A stretch of 64,000 nucleotides of DNA from Nannocystales bacterium (GTDB lineage: Bacteria; Myxococcota_A; Polyangia; Nannocystales; Nannocystaceae): assembly GCA_050633305.1 (NCBI GenBank), contig JBOEGF010000018.1, forward strand, positions 448,001 through 512,000. Direction: 5' to 3'. The position numbers were made by a program, and so were the translations under genes. Under the pieces are notes generated by a model that worked only from the letters and a program-made list of their open reading frames with translations, ran no database searches and was not told where the DNA came from. Numbering within the stretch: the stretch's first letter is position 1; every line of letters begins with the position of its first letter. Below are positions 27,598 to 37,905 of this stretch, piece by piece.

Positions 27598-28979
27598 GCA
27601 CAGCTGCGCACCACGTTCGTGTCTTGCTCCGCCTGCTGTGCACGACCCGAGGCGGTCTGGTCAGCATGCTCGTGTTGACCAACTGCGTTCCGATGGTCGC
27701 GATGTCGATGTTCGTCGCGGGCGGGGAGCGTCGCTTTGCACATGGGTACACGCTCGAAACGTTCGTATTCAGCCTGCTGTTCGCGCCGGTGGCACGCTGG
27801 GCACTGGGCTATGCGCTGGGGCGCCACAGCGGGCGAACGACCGCGGCGGTCCTTCCTTTGAGTCCGAGGGGCCGCGCTGTCGCCGAGACCGCGGCGGTCG
27901 TCCTCGCGCTGTGGATCCCCGCCGCGGTGGTGACCGGGCTCGCCGCGGTGGCCGCTGGAATGACCATGGGGTCCGAGCTGCGTGAAGTTGTCGTTTCGCT
28001 TGCCACCTTGTGTGGGGCGATGAGCGCTTTGGCGCTCCCTCATCTCATCCTTGCGAGCTTGGACCGCGAGGCAGGGTATCGGCACCGAATGTGGATCCGG
28101 TGGCTGGCGGCGCCGAGTCTCATCGCCGTGGGGCTTGCGTTCCCGCCGGCGCGGTCGCTGGCGGGCTACGTTGTTGTCGGCCTGGGTGCCGCCGCGCTTG
28201 TCACCGCGTGGGGGCCCGTGTCTTGGCTCGGTATCGCACGCCGCCGCGCCCCGTTGGCACCCGCGGTCGACCCGGGGGCGCGCACTCGCGAGGCGCCGAG
28301 TGATCCGGAGGCGGCGCTGTGGAGCGACTTCCGGCGAGGGCTGGGGATGGGGGCCACCCGAGGTGCTGCATGGGCCGTCGCGCTGGTGGGGCCGTTGGTC
28401 GTATTCCGCTGGTGGCGATACCCCGCCGTGGCCGTCGCGGTCGCGGTCGTGATTGCGGCCGCGGTCGCCGGAGGGTTCCCGCTCGGCCTGCGGGCTCGGG
28501 TGGTCGGGGGGCGCTGGGCCAACAACGGCGACTTCGGTCGAGCTTGGTCCGCGCTGCCCGTCTCGAAGCGTGCGCTCGACCGGGCCGTGTACCTGCACGT
28601 CGCGGGATGCTCGGTGTTGGTGCTGGTCGTCACAGCGGTTGCTTTAACCGTGGTGGTTACGGGATACCCGGCCGCGACGAGTGTCGCCACCACGGGGGCG
28701 CTGCTGGCTTTCGTGTTGGCCTTGGCCCTGGTCGGGATTCGCACCAACGCTGCGGTGGGATCGTCCTTCCTATGGCAGTTCAGCTGGCTGGCGAGCGCGT
28801 GCGCCGTGGCATGCGTCTGGTTGTCGCGTTTTGCCTTCGACGGCCCGCGGTACTCCATGGCCTCGACCGCCCTCGCCGGGCTTGCCGTTGCTGCTGCATT
28901 CGCCGTGGCCGTGTCGCCCGCGTTTGCGATGCGAGCACAACGGGGGATCGCCCCGCCTCGGACCGTTCCCGGCGCCTGA
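27594..28979 (+). CDS. ABC transporter permease-like membrane protein
   Basis: Highly hydrophobic with two similar halves (VLPLSPR / ALPVSKR); GTGA overlap with the ATPase gene. Confidence 0.75.
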   Translation: MSTAAHHVRVLLRLLCTTRGGLVSMLVLTNCVPMVAMSMFVAGGERRFAHGYTLETFVFSLLFAPVARWALGYALGRHSGRTTAAVLPLSPRGRAVAETAAVVLALWIPAAVVTGLAAVAAGMTMGSELREVVVSLATLCGAMSALALPHLILASLDREAGYRHRMWIRWLAAPSLIAVGLAFPPARSLAGYVVVGLGAAALVTAWGPVSWLGIARRRAPLAPAVDPGARTREAPSDPEAALWSDFRRGLGMGATRGAAWAVALVGPLVVFRWWRYPAVAVAVAVVIAAAVAGGFPLGLRARVVGGRWANNGDFGRAWSALPVSKRALDRAVYLHVAGCSVLVLVVTAVALTVVVTGYPAATSVATTGALLAFVLALALVGIRTNAAVGSSFLWQFSWLASACAVACVWLSRFAFDGPRYSMASTALAGLAVAAAFAVAVSPAFAMRAQRGIAPPRTVPGA

Positions 28980-29130
28980 GTTCGCCGCCGTGAACCCACG
29001 CGTCGAGGAGGTCCACGGCGGCGTCTCCGAACAGGCGCGTGAGGAACCTGGGTCCCTGTCTTGCCCACGGCGAAAATCCTTCGCGATCCACTTCGCTGGG
29101 CTTCACCACGGGCTGCTAAGGTCTCCGGCC

Positions 29131-31665
29131 ATGGGTTTCGTCGACCTGTTTCGTCCAAAGTGGAAACACAGCAAGGCCGCGGTGCGCACCGAGGCCTTGC
29201 ACGGACTGGGAGCGGATGCGACGGACATCATCGTCGAGATCGCCCGTTCGGACGTCGACGACACCGTACGACGCGTGGCGATCGAGAAGCTCGTCGACCC
29301 CGAGGTGCTGTCCTCGATCGCCAAGGCCGACACCTCACCGGTGGGCGTGTTCGCAGGCACGCGCGCGGCCGCGCTGTGGGTGGATGCCGTGGCTTCCGCC
29401 CAGGATGCCGAACAAGCCGAGCCTGCGTTGTCGCGGCTTTCGGATCCCACACGCATCGTCGCCGCGCTCCATCGAGCGAAGGCGGCCTCCGTGCGCCGGG
29501 CCGCGCTCGCTCGTCTGAGTGACCCGAGGGTCCTCGTCGACGTTGTTCGAGATGCCGGCGACTCCGAGCTTCGCTTCGAAGCGCTGCGCAAGATCTCGGA
29601 CGTGTCCACCCTGCGGGGCCTCGCGGTCAGTGGCGACCCAAAGGAGGCCGCCCTTGCGGCGATCGAGCAGCTCGAGGACCTCGACGCGTTGGCCTCGGTC
29701 GCAAAGAAGGGCAAGAGCAAGGGCATCCGGAACCGCGCTAAGAAGCGGCTCGCGACGCTGGCCCCTGCGGTGGAACCGGTTCCCGCCTCCGAAGGCGCGG
29801 ACACGCGTCAGTGGTACGCCGAGCAGTCGCGATTGGTCGAAGCGGTCGAGCGCATCGTGGCCGACGGAGCTTTCGAGCGTGCCGAGCAGGTCGCTGCGGT
29901 CCGCGACACCTGGGCGCATCTTGCCGAGCCGGATGCGGCGCTCAGCGACCGTCTGAGCACGACGTTGGAGGCGTTCGACCGTGGGTACGCTGTCTATGCA
30001 GAGGCCGAGGCTGTTGCCCAGGCCGAGCGCGCCAAGAAGCAGGCGGAGGACGAGGCGCGCCGGGCGGCTGCGGAAGAGCGGGATGCTGCACGCAAGGCAC
30101 GGGAGGCAGAGCGAGCGGCGGCCGACGAGGCGCGCCGAGGCCGAGAGGCGGCCGCGCGGGCACAGGCCGAGTCCCGCCCAGCGCCGACCAAAGAGGGGCC
30201 GTCGACCCGGCGCGAGGCTGCGCCGGTCAAGCGTGCCCCCGAACCGTCCCCCGAGGAGCTCGCCGAGGAGGCGAAGGAGAACCAGGCTCGCCTCGAGGCG
30301 GCTTGCGACGAGCTCGAGAAAGCTCCGGAGACCACCACGTTGCGCGCGGGTGCGTCGCTGCTCAAGCACACGGCTGCGCTGTTCTCTCGGAGGCTCCGAC
30401 TTCCCAGCGAAGAGGTCCGCGAGACGTTGTCGGCCCGCTACGAGCCGGCGCGGCTGGCCCTCGTTGCACGGGTCGAGGAACTCGGCGAAGCCGCCGAGTG
30501 GCTCGAGTGGTCGAATCGGACCCGCCAAGAGTCGCTCGTCGAGCGGGCGCAGAAGCTGCAAGCCGTCATGGACACCCTCGAGCCAGCGGCCCTTGCGATG
30601 CAGGTCAAGGCTTTGCAGGACGACTGGAAGGCGATTCACAACGCGCCGAGTGCCAAGGCGCAGGCGTTGTGGCAGGCGTTCAAGACCGCCTGCGACGCGG
30701 TGTACACCAAGGTGAAGGGCGAGTACGCGGCGAACCTCGTGGTCAAGCATGAGCTGTGCGAGCGCGCCGAGTCGCTGCAAGACTCCTCCGATTGGACTGC
30801 CACTGCCGCTGCCCTCAAGGACCTTCAGGCCGAGTGGAAGGCGAGCGGACCCGTCGCGCGCTCGCAGGACCGCAAAGTCTGGGAGCGTTTCCGTGGCGCG
30901 TGTGATGTCTTCTTCGCCCGACGCAAAGAGGCCTTCGCAGGTGAGGCTGAGGAGATGGCGAAGAACGCCGAGCGCAAGCAGGTGTTGATCGACAAGGTCG
31001 AGGCCCTGCTTGAAGGCGTCGTCGACGAGGCCACCTGGAAGCGTGCAACCGACGAGACCAAGGCCGTGCAGAGAGCATGGCGCGACATCGGCCACGTGCC
31101 GCGCAAGGACGCCGATCGTTTCTACAAGAGCTTCAAGGCTGCCTGCGACGGAGTGTTTCGGAAGCTCGACACCATGGAAGCGCAGCGTCGCGCCGCCGAG
31201 GCACAGCGGGTCTCCGAGGCCCGGGACGAAGCGGCGGCCACCTTGGCATCCGACGAACTCACCGCCGAGACGCTCGTAGCGTTGTGGTCCACCGTACTGA
31301 AGCTTGGGGACGCGGCTCTCCTGTCCACGTGTCGTGAAGCCTGTGTTCGGGCGTTGGAGACCGACCCCGCCGCATTCGCGGGCACCGAACTCGACCCCGC
31401 GGGTGCCATGCGTCGTAAGGCCAAACTGTGCGAGCGTATCGAGGCCGTCGCCAGCCCCGACGCCGAGGCGCAGAGCCTTGCGCAGCAACTCGAGAGCGCG
31501 TTGGCGAGCAACGCCCTAGGGCTCCAGGATGACTCGCAAACGCCGGAGTCCGAGGTCGAACGGGCACGGACCGCTTGGGAGCGAATTGGCCCGACGCCGG
31601 GCGAGGACGGCACAGCGATGGACGCCCGTTTCGCCGCTGCGTGCTCGGTTGCTCTGGGGCAGTGA
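29131..31665 (+). CDS. DUF349-repeat protein with N-terminal helical repeats
   Basis: MGFVDLFRPKWKHS start; repeated LQxxWK...LWxxFxxACDxxF units. Confidence 0.88.
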   Translation: MGFVDLFRPKWKHSKAAVRTEALHGLGADATDIIVEIARSDVDDTVRRVAIEKLVDPEVLSSIAKADTSPVGVFAGTRAAALWVDAVASAQDAEQAEPALSRLSDPTRIVAALHRAKAASVRRAALARLSDPRVLVDVVRDAGDSELRFEALRKISDVSTLRGLAVSGDPKEAALAAIEQLEDLDALASVAKKGKSKGIRNRAKKRLATLAPAVEPVPASEGADTRQWYAEQSRLVEAVERIVADGAFERAEQVAAVRDTWAHLAEPDAALSDRLSTTLEAFDRGYAVYAEAEAVAQAERAKKQAEDEARRAAAEERDAARKAREAERAAADEARRGREAAARAQAESRPAPTKEGPSTRREAAPVKRAPEPSPEELAEEAKENQARLEAACDELEKAPETTTLRAGASLLKHTAALFSRRLRLPSEEVRETLSARYEPARLALVARVEELGEAAEWLEWSNRTRQESLVERAQKLQAVMDTLEPAALAMQVKALQDDWKAIHNAPSAKAQALWQAFKTACDAVYTKVKGEYAANLVVKHELCERAESLQDSSDWTATAAALKDLQAEWKASGPVARSQDRKVWERFRGACDVFFARRKEAFAGEAEEMAKNAERKQVLIDKVEALLEGVVDEATWKRATDETKAVQRAWRDIGHVPRKDADRFYKSFKAACDGVFRKLDTMEAQRRAAEAQRVSEARDEAAATLASDELTAETLVALWSTVLKLGDAALLSTCREACVRALETDPAAFAGTELDPAGAMRRKAKLCERIEAVASPDAEAQSLAQQLESALASNALGLQDDSQTPESEVERARTAWERIGPTPGEDGTAMDARFAAACSVALGQ

Positions 31666-31685
31666 GTTCGAGGGGCGCGGACGCA

Positions 31686-32375
31686 TCAAGGAGCGGTGGA
31701 AAGCGCCCGTTCGAGGCGCTCCCGTTCGACCTCCAGCGCGACCAACCGCGGATGCGACGCGCCGAGTTCCCCGGACAACTGCTCACTAAGGGAGGCCAGG
31801 TGGGTGCGGCGGTGCTCAACCCAGCGTGCAAACAGCGCACAGCGGTCATGCCGAAGGAGAGGGCCGAGCACGACGTCGGCCTCGTCCCATGTCGCCGAAG
31901 TCGCCCGCGGGTCGAAGGCGAGGGTCAGGTACAGGCGGCCGGCATCCTCGGTGAGGGCTTCGGCATCGAGCGGAATACGGCGCTCGGCGAGAGCCTGCCG
32001 TACGTCTTCCCAGCCGGTGTTCGGTTGGAGGATGACACGGCGCGCCGTGGCGACAACCTCGGGGCTGGCCAGGAGCAATTCCAGCATCAACGGCCCACCC
32101 ATCCCGGCGAGGGCGACGGTGGCGACCTCGCCGGGCCCGAGCGTCGATAGCCCGCTGCCCAACCGAATCTCGACCGCGCTGAGCTTGGCGAGGCGAGTGC
32201 GCGCCTGTTGCAAGGGTCCAGGCCGGACGTCCGATGCGATCGCGGAGGGTACGGCGCCACTGCGGACCCAGGCCTCGGCCAGCTGGGCGTGGTCGCATCC
32301 CACATCGGCTGCCGGTTGTCCCCGCAACACCAGGTCCGCGACGGCCTGGAGCCGGGCAGAGAGTTTGCCCCTCAT
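31686..32375 (-). CDS. trmK: tRNA (adenine22-N1)-methyltransferase, TrmK family
   Basis: KLSARLQAVA, ADVGCDHAQL, SDVRPGPL, IRLGSGL, AGMGG, ILQPN; ATGA overlap with the RND permease stop. Confidence 0.88.
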   Translation of the reverse strand: MRGKLSARLQAVADLVLRGQPAADVGCDHAQLAEAWVRSGAVPSAIASDVRPGPLQQARTRLAKLSAVEIRLGSGLSTLGPGEVATVALAGMGGPLMLELLLASPEVVATARRVILQPNTGWEDVRQALAERRIPLDAEALTEDAGRLYLTLAFDPRATSATWDEADVVLGPLLRHDRCALFARWVEHRRTHLASLSEQLSGELGASHPRLVALEVERERLERALSTAP

Positions 32376-35300
32376 GCGGGGGTCGTCTCGGACTCGCCGT
32401 CCGTGTCCGCGTTCACGGTGGGCGTGTCTTCGCTGGGGGCGACAGGGGCTTCGGCGGCCGGAGGGGTGTCGGGGCTTTCGCTCTGAGTCTCCGAATCGTC
32501 CGCTGGAGGCCGAGCGCGCCATGCATCCCGGACCCGTCCGGGGAAGACGGCGTACGCACAGGGAATGACGACCAGGGTGAGCAGGGTCGACAGTCCGAGC
32601 CCGCCGATCACGGCGATCGCGAGCGGCTGCCGGAGGGCTGCGCCGTCGCCGATGCCCAGGGCCATGGGGACGAGCCCCAAGACGGTGCTCGCCGTGGTCA
32701 TCAGAATCGGACGCACGCGAACCCGGCCTGCCTCGATGAGCGCCTCGGGCGTGGCCAGCCCGGCCCCACGGCGATCGTTGACCGCGTTGATCAAGACGAT
32801 CGCGTTGTTCACCACGATGCCTCCCAGCACGATGACACCGATGCCAACCATGGCGGACAAGGGAGTCGCGGTCGAAAGGCAGGCCAGGACAACCCCTGCG
32901 AGGGCCATGGGAACGGTCCCGAGGATCAGCATCGGATGACCGAGACTCTCGAAGCTCGAGGCCATCACGACGTAGACGAGAAATACGGACAGCGCCGCGG
33001 TGAGCAGCAGACTCTCGATCGACTCGGACATCTCATCGGCCTGTCCGGCGAGGGCCGCCGAGACCGAGGGGTCATCATCGGCTGCGTCGAGGACGTGTTG
33101 CACACGGCTGGCCAGGGCGCCCAGATCGACGCTGGTCGTCTGTGCCGAGATTCGAAGGCCGCGCCGCCCGTCGATACGGCGAATCTCCGATGGCCCTCGG
33201 GCGGGCTCAACCTGAGCGACCGAGCTGAGCAGTACGGGGACGTCCCCGGCGATCCCGACCTGAATCTTCGCGACGTCTTCGGCGCTGTTTCGGTCGACGC
33301 GCGGGAACATCACGCGGACATCCAGCTGTTGGTCGGCCGCGTACATCTTGGTGGCGACTTCGCCCTGGATGGCACGCTGCACGGAGCTGGCGGCCGCGTC
33401 GACGGTGAGTCCAAGGCGACCGAGGCGTTCCCGATCGAAGAGCACCCGAACTTCGGGGCGGCCGTCGAGGTCGTCGGGCACGACGTCGACCAAACCCGGG
33501 ACCTCTCGTAGCTCGGGCAAGATCCGGCGGGCATGTGCGACCGACCGGGCCGGCTCTTCGCTGAAGACGAGCAGCTCGATCGGTGGGGCGAAGCTGACGA
33601 GCGAGGGGCGGCCCTGCTGGAGGGTCGCGTCGGGCTCGGGGTTGGCGGCACGAATCCGCTCGATGAGCGCGGCTTCGATGGCGGCGCGCTCCTCCTCCGG
33701 AGCTTCGATGCGAACCGAGAGCTGGCCCAGGTGCGCGCCGGCGGTGCCCCCTGTCGCGCTTCCTGCCGAACTCACGGTGCCGACCCGCGTGAAGCGGCGT
33801 TCGACCGCGGGCAGACCTGCGACCGCATCGCTCATCGTTCGCAACGCGGACGCGGTCCGCTCGAGTGCGGCGTCGCGTGGGAGCGTGACCTGAACGAAGA
33901 ACTCCCCCTGATCGAGCTCGGGCAAGAGCGTGGTGGGGCTGTCCTTGGCCAAGCTGATCGCAAACCCGCAACCGACGGCAGTCCCGACGAGCAGGAGTCC
34001 ACGCGCCCGAAGGAGCAGCCGCATCAGCTTGGGGTACTGGCGCTCGAGGGCCTCGTAGGTCCACGTGAGCGGCCGGGTCACCCTGTCGAGCAACCATCCT
34101 CCGCCACCGACCACCCAACCTACGAGGCGGACGGCCCACGCGATCGGCCAGGTGACGATGATGATCAGGAACGAGCGTGGGGCAGGATCGACCGAGGCCT
34201 CGGGCCCATGCGTATCCGTTCCCAAGCTCTGCAGGACGGGGACGAGCGTCAGGCTCACGGCCATCGACGACACCATGCTGAAGCTGACCGCGAAGCTGAG
34301 GTCGGAGACGAGCTGCCCGGCCACGCCCTGTACGAACGCCATCGGGAAGAACACCGCCACGGTGGTGAGGGTCGAGGCGACGACCGAGTTTGCCACCTCC
34401 GAGGCGCCTTCGACCGTGAGCTGCCGACGTGTGAGTCGGAGTCCGTCGGACTCCGCTTGTTCGCGGCGCCGAGCGATCGCCTCGAGCACCACGATGCTGT
34501 TGTCGACGAGCATGCCGACGCCCAGGGCGAGTCCGCCGAGGCTCATGACATTGAGGCTGACGCCGAGCGCTTGCAGCGGGATGAACGTGGTCAGCAGTGA
34601 GATCGGAATCGCGAGGGCGATCACGACGGTCGAACGGAGGTCCCGCAGGAAGAACAGGAGCACCAAGACGGCGAGGCCACCGCCGATGAGGGTGTTGTCC
34701 CGGACCTCCGAGATCGCCGACTCGACGAACTGCGCCCGGTTGCTCAGCATCACGACCTCGTGGCCCGGAGCGAGTGGAAGCCTCGGGAGCGCGGTGCGGA
34801 TGGCGTCGGAAACCGCGACGATGTTCGCGTCTCCCTCCCGGAACACGGCGAGTTCGATCGCTTCTCGGCCATCGACGAGGGTCAGTTCCTCCCGTTCTTG
34901 GGGGGCGCGGCGGACCTTGGCGATGTCGTGCAGCCGGAGGATGCCGCCGGCCGGGTCGGAGCGGACGATGATCTCGCCGACCTGCGCGGGCGTTCGGGCC
35001 TCGTGGAGCGTACGGACCAAGTAGCGGCTCTGTCGCTCGGTGACGGCGCCGCCGGGTCGGTTGACGTTGTCGGCCTGCAGGGCGGCGACGATCTCGGCGG
35101 TCTCCAGACCGTGCGCGGCGAGCCTGCTGGGGTCGAGCTCGACGAGGACCTCGTCCTCTTGGCCGCCGTGCAACTCGACCGCGGCGACCCCGGGGAGCTT
35201 CTCCAGCTCTCGCTTCACGTATCGGTCGGCCGAGTCGCGCAAGGTCGCGAGGTCGGCATCGGTCAGGTCGGCACCGCCTCCCTTGTCTCGCAACGCCAGT

Positions 35301-35716
35301 CGTACGATCGGCTCCTGGGCGGGGTCGTACCGCAGCACGAGCGGCCGGTCGGCTCCTTGGGGCAGCCGTACTCGGTCCAGCTTCTCGCGAACCTCGGCCA
35401 TCGCATGGTCGACGGCGGTCCCCCAAGCGAAGTCGAGCACCACTTCGGAGACGCCCTCGCGGGACGCAGACTCCACTCGCACAACGCCAGGCACCGCCCC
35501 AACACGTTCCTCGACCGGCCGCGTGATGAGCTCCTCGACCTCGACCGGGGCCGCGTCAGGGAACTCGGTCTGGACCGTGATGGTCGGGTACGAAAGGTCG
35601 GGGAGGAGCTCGATGGGCAGCCGCGTGAGCGCGACCCAGCCAAACAACAGCAAGGCCACGGTCACCATCGATGTGGTGACGGGACGAAGGACGGCGCCTG
35701 CGATCAGCCGGTGCAT
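32372..35716 (-). CDS. RND efflux permease, AcrB/AcrD/AcrF family (first-subunit type)
   Basis: LLPDLSYPTITVQTE, GMLVDNSIVVLE, GIVVNNAIVL, RVRPILMTT. Confidence 0.95.
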   Translation of the reverse strand: MHRLIAGAVLRPVTTSMVTVALLLFGWVALTRLPIELLPDLSYPTITVQTEFPDAAPVEVEELITRPVEERVGAVPGVVRVESASREGVSEVVLDFAWGTAVDHAMAEVREKLDRVRLPQGADRPLVLRYDPAQEPIVRLALRDKGGGADLTDADLATLRDSADRYVKRELEKLPGVAAVELHGGQEDEVLVELDPSRLAAHGLETAEIVAALQADNVNRPGGAVTERQSRYLVRTLHEARTPAQVGEIIVRSDPAGGILRLHDIAKVRRAPQEREELTLVDGREAIELAVFREGDANIVAVSDAIRTALPRLPLAPGHEVVMLSNRAQFVESAISEVRDNTLIGGGLAVLVLLFFLRDLRSTVVIALAIPISLLTTFIPLQALGVSLNVMSLGGLALGVGMLVDNSIVVLEAIARRREQAESDGLRLTRRQLTVEGASEVANSVVASTLTTVAVFFPMAFVQGVAGQLVSDLSFAVSFSMVSSMAVSLTLVPVLQSLGTDTHGPEASVDPAPRSFLIIIVTWPIAWAVRLVGWVVGGGGWLLDRVTRPLTWTYEALERQYPKLMRLLLRARGLLLVGTAVGCGFAISLAKDSPTTLLPELDQGEFFVQVTLPRDAALERTASALRTMSDAVAGLPAVERRFTRVGTVSSAGSATGGTAGAHLGQLSVRIEAPEEERAAIEAALIERIRAANPEPDATLQQGRPSLVSFAPPIELLVFSEEPARSVAHARRILPELREVPGLVDVVPDDLDGRPEVRVLFDRERLGRLGLTVDAAASSVQRAIQGEVATKMYAADQQLDVRVMFPRVDRNSAEDVAKIQVGIAGDVPVLLSSVAQVEPARGPSEIRRIDGRRGLRISAQTTSVDLGALASRVQHVLDAADDDPSVSAALAGQADEMSESIESLLLTAALSVFLVYVVMASSFESLGHPMLILGTVPMALAGVVLACLSTATPLSAMVGIGVIVLGGIVVNNAIVLINAVNDRRGAGLATPEALIEAGRVRVRPILMTTASTVLGLVPMALGIGDGAALRQPLAIAVIGGLGLSTLLTLVVIPCAYAVFPGRVRDAWRARPPADDSETQSESPDTPPAAEAPVAPSEDTPTVNADTDGESETTPA

Positions 35717-35763
35717 CAGGTCCAATAGTCGGCGGGGGGTCGGCAGGGGGCGGTGAAAGACGG

Positions 35764-36864
35764 CTAGCCGACGGGTTCGGCGGCGCTGGTCTCGGCGGCA
35801 GTCCGAGGCTTGTCGTTGGCCGACTTCAGCGGCATGCCCTCGGTGATGCCGGCACCGCCGCCAGCCACCACGGTGTCGGCCGGCGCGAGTCCCGAGACGA
35901 TTTCAACGCGGCTGTCGCCTTCGAGCCCGGTGATCACTTCGGTCCGTTTTGCCCGACCGTCGGCGACAATATAGACGTGCGGGGCCCCATCGACCTCGAA
36001 CACGGCCGTACGCGGGAGGGACGGGGCGTCGGGTCGAGCGGAGACCAAAACCTTGGCGCGAGCGAAGGCGCCGGGCTTGGCCGCCGCGGGGAAGGTCTCG
36101 GCTCTCACGGTGAACTTCACCGTGCCGGTCATCGGATCGACGACCGGTGCCCGTCGGGCGATCTTCGCGGTGGCGGTGCTGTCGTCGACGAGCTGGATCT
36201 CGACGGTCGCTTCGTCGGCGACGGACGCCGCGTCCTTCTCGGGCACATACAGCTCGAGCTCCAGCGCCGCGAGGTCCGCGATCTTGAACAACGCCGTGGA
36301 GGTGGTGGCCAGGTTCCCCTCGTCGACGTGTCGGTTGACAATGGTGCCGTCGAAGGGGGCACGGACCCACGTCTGCTTCGCCTGAAACTTGCTGAGCTTC
36401 AGCGCAGCCTCGGCCTCCTCGACCGCGTAGCGTTGCTTGTCGATCTCCTCGCGAGAGATGACGCCACCTTGGGCCTGCTCCAGTCGCTTGAGCTCGCTGC
36501 GCAGGTTCTGCAGCTGAACTTTGGACGAGCTGGACTGCAAGGTGAGTTCCCGGCCGTCGAGCTTGAGTAGCGCGTCGCCTTTCTTGACGACATCACCCTC
36601 CTCGACGGCGATCGATTGGATGATGCCGAGCTGGAGCGCGTAGAGGTCGGCCTCGCGAAGGGCTTGCAGGGACCCGGAGGTCTCGTAGTACCGCTCGATC
36701 GTCGCGGGTTCGAGGGTCGTCGTTTCGACCAGGAGGGCCTCTCGAGCCTCGGGCTTTCGTCCGGCCGAACCGCCACCGTGTCCTGGCGGGCCTTTTCCAC
36801 CGCCGGCGTCACAGGCGAGGCCGAGCCAAGCCGCGGCAAAGAGGATGGTGAGCCGTGCGTGCAT
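35764..36864 (-). CDS. RND periplasmic adaptor (membrane fusion protein), lipoprotein
   Basis: Lipobox GLAC, VEEGDVVKKGD, VRAPFDGTI, VDPMTGTVK, VEIVSGL. Confidence 0.93.
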   Translation of the reverse strand: MHARLTILFAAAWLGLACDAGGGKGPPGHGGGSAGRKPEAREALLVETTTLEPATIERYYETSGSLQALREADLYALQLGIIQSIAVEEGDVVKKGDALLKLDGRELTLQSSSSKVQLQNLRSELKRLEQAQGGVISREEIDKQRYAVEEAEAALKLSKFQAKQTWVRAPFDGTIVNRHVDEGNLATTSTALFKIADLAALELELYVPEKDAASVADEATVEIQLVDDSTATAKIARRAPVVDPMTGTVKFTVRAETFPAAAKPGAFARAKVLVSARPDAPSLPRTAVFEVDGAPHVYIVADGRAKRTEVITGLEGDSRVEIVSGLAPADTVVAGGGAGITEGMPLKSANDKPRTAAETSAAEPVG

Positions 36865-36918
36865 GGAAACCGTGGCAACCCGGGGTCGCGTAGCGGGTTT
36901 TATGCCATGATCCCTTTC

Positions 36919-37209
36919 ATGAGCGACCGGAAAGCCGCTCCGGACCGGGATCTTCTGCTCCAGAACCATGCGTTCCCTGGGCAGTACGTCATCAAAGCCT
37001 TTGGTCCGGCGGAGTCCAGCTTCGAAGCGGACGCAAAACGCTGCGCGACGGGCGTCGTTGGCGAGGACCGTGTCGCAGCGCACACAAAGTTTTCGAGTGG
37101 CGGACGTCGAAGCTGCGTCACCCTCACGTTGCAGGCCCAGACCGTCGACGAGGTCATCTCGACCTACGAGCGTCTACACGACCTCGACAGCCTGCTTCTT
37201 ATCTTGTGA
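36919..37209 (+). CDS. DUF493 (YbeD-like) protein
   Basis: HAFPGQYVIKAFG...SSGGRRSCVTLTL...YERL. Confidence 0.85.
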   Translation: MSDRKAAPDRDLLLQNHAFPGQYVIKAFGPAESSFEADAKRCATGVVGEDRVAAHTKFSSGGRRSCVTLTLQAQTVDEVISTYERLHDLDSLLLIL

Positions 37210-37245
37210 CGAGCGTCACCAAGACCCCCAACCACGCCTGTTCCA

Positions 37246-37887
37246 ATGCTCGCACCGATGCAACGAATGACTCCCTCTTCCTCTTCCAAAGCGCTCGCGC
37301 TGGCCGCCTTTGCGCTCTCGCTCGCGACGGTTTCCGGTTGCCAACCCAAAGCTGTTCGCGGCGGTGAGGGCACGGACAACCCTGGCCTCGACAACGCCGC
37401 GATGTCCACGGGCCTCGACCGGGTCGACCTCGAGGACCTGATGAGGAAGAACATGGCCGAGCTGAGCAGCTCGCCGATCTGGCAGAACTGGAAGGGGGCG
37501 CAGAGCCCACCCGTCGTGGCGATCTGGCCGATCAAGAACGACACTTCCGAGCACCTCGACGACCAGATGCTGACCCTGCTCTCCGACATGGAGACCGAAC
37601 TCATCAACAGCGGCGTGGTCGCCGTCGTCAGCCGGGAGCGGCAACAGGAGCTGATGGCCGAGGCCAACATGCAGCAAGGGGCGGATTTCAACCCCGCGAT
37701 GGCTGCGCAGATCGGTCGGCAGATCGGCGCTCAGTACTTCCTCACCGGGAAGCTCCAGGCCGTGGACGAACGCAAAAAGGGCGAGCGCCGGGTCCAGTAC
37801 AGCCTCTTCATGCAGGTGCTCGAGGTCGAGAACAGTCTGATCCGCTTTCAGACCAAGTCCGAACGCACCAAAGCGATCGTTCGGTAA
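37246..37887 (+). CDS. lpoB: LpoB-like (COG3417/CsgG-fold) lipoprotein
   Basis: Lipobox VSGC, STGLDRVDL, IKNDTSEHLD, GRQIGAQYFLTG; start may be 37258 or later. Confidence 0.8.
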   Translation: MLAPMQRMTPSSSSKALALAAFALSLATVSGCQPKAVRGGEGTDNPGLDNAAMSTGLDRVDLEDLMRKNMAELSSSPIWQNWKGAQSPPVVAIWPIKNDTSEHLDDQMLTLLSDMETELINSGVVAVVSRERQQELMAEANMQQGADFNPAMAAQIGRQIGAQYFLTGKLQAVDERKKGERRVQYSLFMQVLEVENSLIRFQTKSERTKAIVR

Positions 37888-37905
37888 CGCTCCTAAGCGT
37901 CGACC

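Noticed and set aside
29335..31488. 717-aa minus-strand ORF (likewise 37216-39054, 33207-35426, 57431-59416, 53320-54906)
   Set aside because: Antisense or alternate-frame shadows of well-supported genes; common in high-GC DNA; no recognisable motifs.
36892..36907. Sigma-54-like TGGCATAAAACCCGCT upstream of the RND adaptor (minus strand)
   Set aside because: GG-N10-GC spacing fits but the -12 element lacks TT; too weak to call.
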